A DNA stretch of 38,477 nt from a virus (taxonomy: Duplodnaviria > Caudoviricetes). Under the pieces are notes generated by a model. It was not told where the DNA came from and did not search any database. It was given only the letters and a program-made list of their open reading frames with translations. A program made the translations under genes and the position numbers. Positions 33,994-38,477 of this stretch are shown one piece after another; the first letter of the stretch is position 1, and the number at the start of each line of letters is the position of its first letter. The stretch covers positions 1-38,477 of IMG/VR virus record IMGVR_UViG_3300014202_001562; one strand, 5' to 3'.

Positions 33994-34662
33994 TTGAACG
34001 TGACAATGGTAACACAAGCACACACGACCGTCAACCCCCTCGTTGCCCAACTGCGGGCCGGCTACGCCAACGACAACCCCGCCTGTTTCTGCCAGTGCGG
34101 CAAGTTCTGCCCCAGCGCCAACGCCTGTATCCCGGTGCGCGGCGAGGTGCATCAGCCCTACTGGACCCTGCGCGAAGTGGCCACCGGGCGGGGCCGGGCC
34201 TGGACGCCGTGCCTCTACGACCCACAAGAACCGCGCTTCCTGGTCCACACGCTCTACGGGCGCTTTTACACCACGCCCTGCGCCGCAGCGGACGCCCTGG
34301 TGGTCCATACCCTACGCACGCAGACGCACCCCATCCGCCTGGACCATGGCCAGTTCTGTCGGGTCGATTTGAGTGGGGTCGAACGCCAGATGGCGCAAGC
34401 GCTCTATGATGCCGGCTATGCGCTCTTTCTGGAGCACGTGGACACCCCTGACCTCCGTCATCCGCTGATGGTGGCCGGCTACGCAGCCGCCCAAGCCGAG
34501 GCGGAAGCGGCCATTGCCGACAAGGAGCCGGGCTTTGTCTGGACAGTCAGCACGCAGACCATCGATCCCGACGACGCCAACTACGTCCCGTTCCAGATGC
34601 CCAAGGAAGCCTACGCCTCCGTGCTGGCCGCCGAGGACCGAGAGGATTGGGTGGGCGCCTAA
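33994..34662 (+). CDS. Hypothetical protein with N-terminal Cys cluster (start 33994/34000/34006 uncertain)
   Basis: CFCQCGKFCPSANAC; same RBS module as the 33719 gene. Confidence 0.7.
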   Translation: MNVTMVTQAHTTVNPLVAQLRAGYANDNPACFCQCGKFCPSANACIPVRGEVHQPYWTLREVATGRGRAWTPCLYDPQEPRFLVHTLYGRFYTTPCAAADALVVHTLRTQTHPIRLDHGQFCRVDLSGVERQMAQALYDAGYALFLEHVDTPDLRHPLMVAGYAAAQAEAEAAIADKEPGFVWTVSTQTIDPDDANYVPFQMPKEAYASVLAAEDREDWVGA

Positions 34663-34868
34663 TGACCATGACACTCGCTTTACCCAACGACTCGACCATG
34701 CGCCTCCGTGCGCTGCTGGCCCTCCTGTGCTTTGTAGCCCTGGTCTCGTGGGAAGATGCCGCACAGTACCAACACCGCCGGATGCACGGTGACGACGACG
34801 GCGGGGCCGCCTGTTCGATGCGCATCGACTGGGCAGCCTACGCAGGCACCGGCGGCAACGCTCATTGA
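34662..34868 (+). CDS. Small hypothetical protein with hydrophobic segment
   Basis: TAATG coupling with the upstream gene. Confidence 0.5.
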   Translation: MTMTLALPNDSTMRLRALLALLCFVALVSWEDAAQYQHRRMHGDDDGGAACSMRIDWAAYAGTGGNAH

Positions 34869-34870
34869 GT

Positions 34871-34923
34871 GGCTGGAGGCTGTTAGCTGTTAGCCAGCAG
34901 CCTCCAGCCAACCGCCAGCAGCC
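34871..34923. repeat. Heptamer-derived inverted repeat
   Basis: GGCTGGAGGCTG-TTAGCTGTTAGCCAG-CAGCCTCCAGCC. Confidence 0.75.
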
Positions 34924-34942
34924 AAATACACAGGAGTGAATC

Positions 34943-35233
34943 ATGGCCGGCGTCTACCTCATTCATTTTTCACCCAGCTACAAGCACGCCAAGCACTATC
35001 TAGGCTGGGCAGAAGACATTGACCGGCGCCTGGCCGAGCACGAGATCGGCGCCGGCGCACGCTTGACCCAAGTGGCAGTAGACGTCGGCTGCCGGCTGAT
35101 TCTGGCCAGGGTCTGGGAAGATGGCGACCGCACCCTAGAGCGCAAGCTCAAGAATCGCAAGAATGCGCCGGCGCTCTGTCCGGTCTGCAACCTGACGTTT
35201 ACCCTAGACGATGTAGAGGAGATTGAATTCTGA
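34943..35233 (+). CDS. GIY-YIG family endonuclease (minimal)
   Basis: GVYLIH...HYLGWA..IDRRLAEH..G.GARLT...ERKLK; RBS CAGGAG. Confidence 0.85.
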   Translation: MAGVYLIHFSPSYKHAKHYLGWAEDIDRRLAEHEIGAGARLTQVAVDVGCRLILARVWEDGDRTLERKLKNRKNAPALCPVCNLTFTLDDVEEIEF

Positions 35234-35991
35234 TGACAAACGACATCTTAACCAAACTAAGCGCCCCCTTTCACCCTAGCCGGATCACCTGGAAGCCAGG
35301 CGCGCTGACCGGCAAGAAAGACAAAGCCCTGGCGCTGGCCTATGCCGACCTGCGCGCCTACCAAAGCCGCCTGGATGAAGTCTGCGGCATGAATTGGTCG
35401 CTGTCTTACACCCCTTGGGGAGATCGCATTATTTGTCACCTCACAATCAATGGGGTTACAAGGTCGGCCACCGGCGAAGCTGACAGCCAGTCGGAGCGTA
35501 GCGGAATCGCTGGAACAGCCGCCGAGGCGCAAGCCGCCAAGCGAGCCTGCGCCATGTTCGGCCTAGGGCGCTATCTCTATCACCTGCCGTCGCTGTGGGT
35601 TGAGTACGATGCCGCTAACCAGCGCTTTACCGAAAAGGCCAAGGGCAGACTACAGGGGATGATCGCGCAGCACTACCAGCGTTGGCTGGATGGGCAGGGC
35701 GGCGATATCGACGCCGGCGACGAGGGCAGCGCCGATGACCGCAGCGATGACAGTGGCCCATCCGGCGGCGCCGAAGCCGTTTCCCGGGAAACGACTTCGG
35801 CAGGCTCAGCCTCCGACGCGGCCAAGCTGGAGGAGCTGGGCAAAGAGCTTTACGGGGAACAGTGGGCGCACGTCAAGGCCCACAACATCAAGCGCCTGAC
35901 GGGCGAGGAGACGGCCCCCCTGACCAGTGAGCAGATCGCCACGCTGATGAACGGCCTGAAAAAGCTCAAGCAACAGCGCCAGACGGCGTAA
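35233..35991 (+). CDS. Rad52/22-family (Sak-like) single-strand annealing protein
   Basis: LSAPF...ITWKP...LAYADLRAYQSRLDEVCGMNW...CHLTI...AAKRACAMFGLGRYLY. Confidence 0.9.
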   Translation: MTNDILTKLSAPFHPSRITWKPGALTGKKDKALALAYADLRAYQSRLDEVCGMNWSLSYTPWGDRIICHLTINGVTRSATGEADSQSERSGIAGTAAEAQAAKRACAMFGLGRYLYHLPSLWVEYDAANQRFTEKAKGRLQGMIAQHYQRWLDGQGGDIDAGDEGSADDRSDDSGPSGGAEAVSRETTSAGSASDAAKLEELGKELYGEQWAHVKAHNIKRLTGEETAPLTSEQIATLMNGLKKLKQQRQTA

Positions 35992-35994
35992 GCA

Positions 35995-36023
35995 GCCAGG
36001 GGCAGGGCCTTCCTGCCCCTGGC
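35995..36023. repeat. 12-bp GC-rich hairpin after the Rad52-like gene
   Basis: GCCAGGGGCAGG-GCCTT-CCTGCCCCTGGC; no U-tract on the + strand. Confidence 0.75.
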
Positions 36024-36062
36024 CTCAAAAACATGCGAAAAAATCTACAGGAGGAGTAACCA

Positions 36063-36287
36063 ATGACAACCACATACGTAACCACCCATTACAACCCGCA
36101 AACCATCGTTTGGGCACTGGGCGCCTTGCTCTGCGCTATCGCCGGCCTGTGGCTGACGCTACGCTGGGCCGCGCTGCCGGCGGCAGCCTTCGCCGTCGTG
36201 GCGGTGATTCCGCTGGCCTTTTGGCTCGGCTTAGCCGGCCTGGTCGTGGGCGCCTGGGTAACCTATCCTCGTTCTCATTCTCGTTGA
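36063..36287 (+). CDS. Small membrane protein
   Basis: RBS AGGAGGAG; two hydrophobic helices. Confidence 0.7.
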   Translation: MTTTYVTTHYNPQTIVWALGALLCAIAGLWLTLRWAALPAAAFAVVAVIPLAFWLGLAGLVVGAWVTYPRSHSR

Positions 36288-36312
36288 TGTAGTTCTGGAT
36301 CTCTTTACGGAG

Positions 36313-36760
36313 GTGAACATGGATATTAAGCTTTGCGAGTGTGGGTGTGGACAACCTACCGCGGCAGCGAAAGGGACGCATCGCGCCAAGGGAGTATTTA
36401 AGGGACAGCCCCAACGGTTCATTGCCGGACACGGGGCAAGAAAACCCAGACCGGAGCCACCCACCTACAAGGATGATACAGCGCGATATATCGCGCTGAC
36501 CCAAGACAAGTTTGCGTTAGTGGACGCGGAGGATTACGAGTGGCTTATGGGCCACGCATGGTACTACACTTCGGGCTACGCCTGTCGTTATGGCGGCAAG
36601 GAGCACAATGGACGCTAGTTTTTATCAGAAGGATGGGAAAAGCTTGTACTTGGGGACATACACTGACGAGACTGACGCAGCAAGGGCCTACGACGCCGCG
36701 GCCCGCCAGAAATTTGGAGAGTTCGCCCGTTGCAACTTTCCAGCGGACGGCACCGCCTAA
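36313..36760 (+). pseudogene. HNH-AP2 endonuclease remnant lacking the HNH core (two ORFs: 36313..36618 and 36608..36760)
   Basis: CECGCG...FIAGH and IALTQDKFALVDAEDYEWL...W...GYA, then in another frame YLGTYTDETDAARAYDAAARQKFGEFARCNF (AP2). Confidence 0.75.
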
Positions 36761-36842
36761 AGAGAAGGTGACAAGATTGAAAGCGAAATGCAAGGCTTTG
36801 CGGATTTACATTAACCTTGCGATAATATATCATGCTCTTTAC

Positions 36843-36930
36843 AAAAATAACAGCCCGGCGTGGCGGACATTGCTAGTGGTCCACGCCGGGCTATCCGAGA
36901 GTCGTTGCTTGCCCAGGCAGCGACTTTTTT
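36843..36930 (-). ncRNA. Candidate small RNA (about 85 nt)
   Basis: TGTGGTATAAT at 36942-36932, two hairpins, then GTTATTTTT. Confidence 0.45.
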
Positions 36931-36975
36931 TATTATACCACAGCGCGGCTACGGTAGGGAACACCCGCTTACAAT

Positions 36976-37182
36976 TTAGGCGAAAACTCGATCACGCCAC
37001 GTGTCCGGCGCGGGGTTGGCCGCCCGTGTGCTGCGAAACACGCACTCGCGATGGTGCGACACCGCCGGTCGGCGCGGCGTCCATTGGGGCCGGCGTCCGG
37101 CTACGTCAATCTCGTAGGCCAGGAACCGCCCGTGCTTATCGCTATGCTCATAGACCACCAGGGTAACCAGTTGTTCTTCCAT
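36976..37182 (-). CDS. Hypothetical protein (68 aa)
   Basis: RBS AGGAGG and an upstream extended -10 TGATATACT. Confidence 0.55.
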   Translation of the reverse strand: MEEQLVTLVVYEHSDKHGRFLAYEIDVAGRRPQWTPRRPAVSHHRECVFRSTRAANPAPDTWRDRVFA

Positions 37183-37219
37183 GCGTTGCCTCCTCTCTGC
37201 TACACCTACAGTATATCAC

Positions 37220-37252
37220 AAAAAAAAGAGGCGCCCTACAAAAGGCGCCTCT
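37220..37252 (-). terminator. Intrinsic terminator
   Basis: AGAGGCGCC-N8-GGCGCCTCT followed by a T run on the minus strand. Confidence 0.75.
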
Positions 37253-37320
37253 CTGCGGGCTACAGCCCACACCCCCACCGTATCCAGAGGAGAAGTCAGA
37301 GAAAGGAAATCGTCATGCGC
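37220..37320 (-). ncRNA. Candidate small RNA (about 100 nt) with CU-rich tract
   Basis: Promoter TTGCAT-N16-TATAGT (37353-37326), terminator at 37252-37220, no meaningful ORF between them. Confidence 0.5.
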
Positions 37321-37363
37321 TGCCTACTATAGCACGACTGCACGCCCATGCAAAGCCCTTTTT

Positions 37364-37431
37364 GGCTGGTGGCTGTTAGCTGTTAGCTGTTAGCTGTTAG
37401 CCAGCAGCCAGCAGCCTTCCGCCATCAGCCA
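37364..37431. repeat. Heptamer tandem/inverted repeat
   Basis: (GCTGTTA)4 followed by (GCCAGCA)2. Confidence 0.85.
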
Positions 37432-37652
37432 CAACGCGCGACAAAAGACGGTTGCCGCGTACAGCAATATTTTGTTTTCGCGGCCCCTGGTGAATGCTAT
37501 ACTGGTCCCATCTTCAAAACTGCCCCACGCGGCCAGACCCCCTCTGCTCAACTCAGCCTGCTTTCCGCCTAACCGCCCGCCTTCCGCCCGCCGCCTTACG
37601 AAGCGCGCGCAAACCGGGCGCAATTTGGGCGCGCTTTGCGCAAATTGGGGGA

Positions 37653-37681
37653 TTGACAAAAAACGGGAATGGGCGTATTGT
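37653..37681 (+). promoter_or_regulatory. Promoter for the CopG-like gene
   Basis: TTGACA-N17-TATTGT. Confidence 0.65.
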
Positions 37682-37720
37682 ATTAGTGTGTCAACGAGTC
37701 ACACTATCACCGAGGAGCTT

Positions 37721-37906
37721 ATGAGACGAACCCATGTACATTTAACCGAAAAGCAGTGGGGTAGACTCCAGTCGCTAGCAGGCGACACGGGGCTAAACGT
37801 TTCGGAGCACGTGCGGCGCGCTATTGATAACTACCTGGATGAGGTAGAATCAAAAAAAGAAAACACTGAAGATAAGGCAGTGGAAAGCGGAAAGCCGCGG
37901 CAGTGA
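37721..37906 (+). CDS. Ribbon-helix-helix (CopG-like) regulator
   Basis: MRRTHVHLTEKQWGRLQSLA..TGLNVSEHVRRAIDNYL; RBS GAGGAG. Confidence 0.9.
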   Translation: MRRTHVHLTEKQWGRLQSLAGDTGLNVSEHVRRAIDNYLDEVESKKENTEDKAVESGKPRQ

Positions 37907-38104
37907 TGGCAGCGGCGCCACCTCCCGACCAGGAACCTGGCGCCGCCACGTAAACGCACCTTAACAACCGAACCAATGAGCGCTTGCGGATGAATGCCCC
38001 AGTATACTGGAGAATGCACCGGCAAGCAAGCTCATTGGCAGATTATTAAAGTCTACAACCGCGCTGCGGGTGCAGTGCGGACTGTATTCAGTAAAGGAGA
38101 GTCT

Positions 38105-38386
38105 ATGTTAGACCAAGAAACGATTGCGGCTATCGAAGCCATTGTCAACCGGCTGCTTAATGAACGAGACACCCAGCGGGCTGCGCAGGAAGCGAAGGTC
38201 GCAAAGGATGTAGCCACAGTAGTCGGGCAGTCGCTTATGCATCTGGCGGCGGATCTTCATCTCGCAGGCCCGACGAAGGCGGTTTCTCCAATAGACGGAG
38301 AAGCCCTGTCAAGGTCTCTTGGATCTCATTCGCTACCGGCTCATCGGGAAAGTTCTCTGTCGTCTTGGCAGACCCGTCGAGAATGA
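38105..38386 (+). CDS. Hypothetical protein
   Basis: RBS AAAGGAG; helical N-terminal half; 3' half overlaps a convergent ORF. Confidence 0.55.
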   Translation: MLDQETIAAIEAIVNRLLNERDTQRAAQEAKVAKDVATVVGQSLMHLAADLHLAGPTKAVSPIDGEALSRSLGSHSLPAHRESSLSSWQTRRE

Positions 38387-38477
38387 TATGTATATCTTCA
38401 CGAGATATGACTTTCTTCTCCGCCAAGCGTTTGATCAATTGACCCAGCAAGAAAAGCGCCGACGATCCCTGTACCAT
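38235..38477 (-). CDS. Hypothetical protein, probably truncated by the window edge
   Basis: Amphipathic helical sequence (LIKRLAEKKVISREDI); runs to the end of the window. Confidence 0.5.
   Translation of the reverse strand: MVQGSSALFLLGQLIKRLAEKKVISREDIHIILDGSAKTTENFPDEPVANEIQETLTGLLRLLEKPPSSGLRDEDPPPDA

Noticed and set aside
36615-36833. 72-aa minus-strand ORF downstream of the 36932 promoter
   Set aside because: No RBS, lies after a terminator-like hairpin and is antisense to the AP2 remnant.
1-38477. Integrase, att sites, tRNA genes, replication genes
   Set aside because: None recognised, so prophage versus free phage cannot be decided from this window.

Overview
This window is a GC-rich, siphovirus-type phage or prophage segment; a Chloroflexota-like host is only a guess from sequence style. 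The minus strand (about 31500 to 3283) carries a near-continuous late operon. In order it encodes a Thr-rich exported protein, holin-like genes, a LuxR-type HTH, terminase, portal, a MuF/gp7-like head protein, scaffold/protease, capsid decoration and major capsid proteins. It continues with head-tail genes interleaved with two glycosyltransferases and an acyltransferase, then tail tube, a frameshifted tail chaperone, tape measure, and tail tip/fibre genes. The right end holds a divergent cro-like switch, small early genes (GIY-YIG nuclease, Rad52/22-like annealing protein, decayed HNH-AP2 gene, CopG-like repressor) and several non-coding elements. The left end is a coupled cluster of small membrane-protein genes. 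The main finding is a 430-aa intein in the MuF gene whose apparent homing endonuclease (Zn-finger/NUMOD3/DUF559) is a separate gene on the opposite strand. It has its own predicted promoter and RBS and lies codon-for-codon antiparallel to an intein frame that stays open throughout. Other highlights are a twister-type ribozyme (33109-33165), a GNAT-like extension on MuF, a UUU-CGU +1 frameshift site, two candidate sRNAs and a 66-bp perfect palindrome. No integrase, replication gene or endolysin was recognised. All family calls come from motif recognition by eye, not from database searches.
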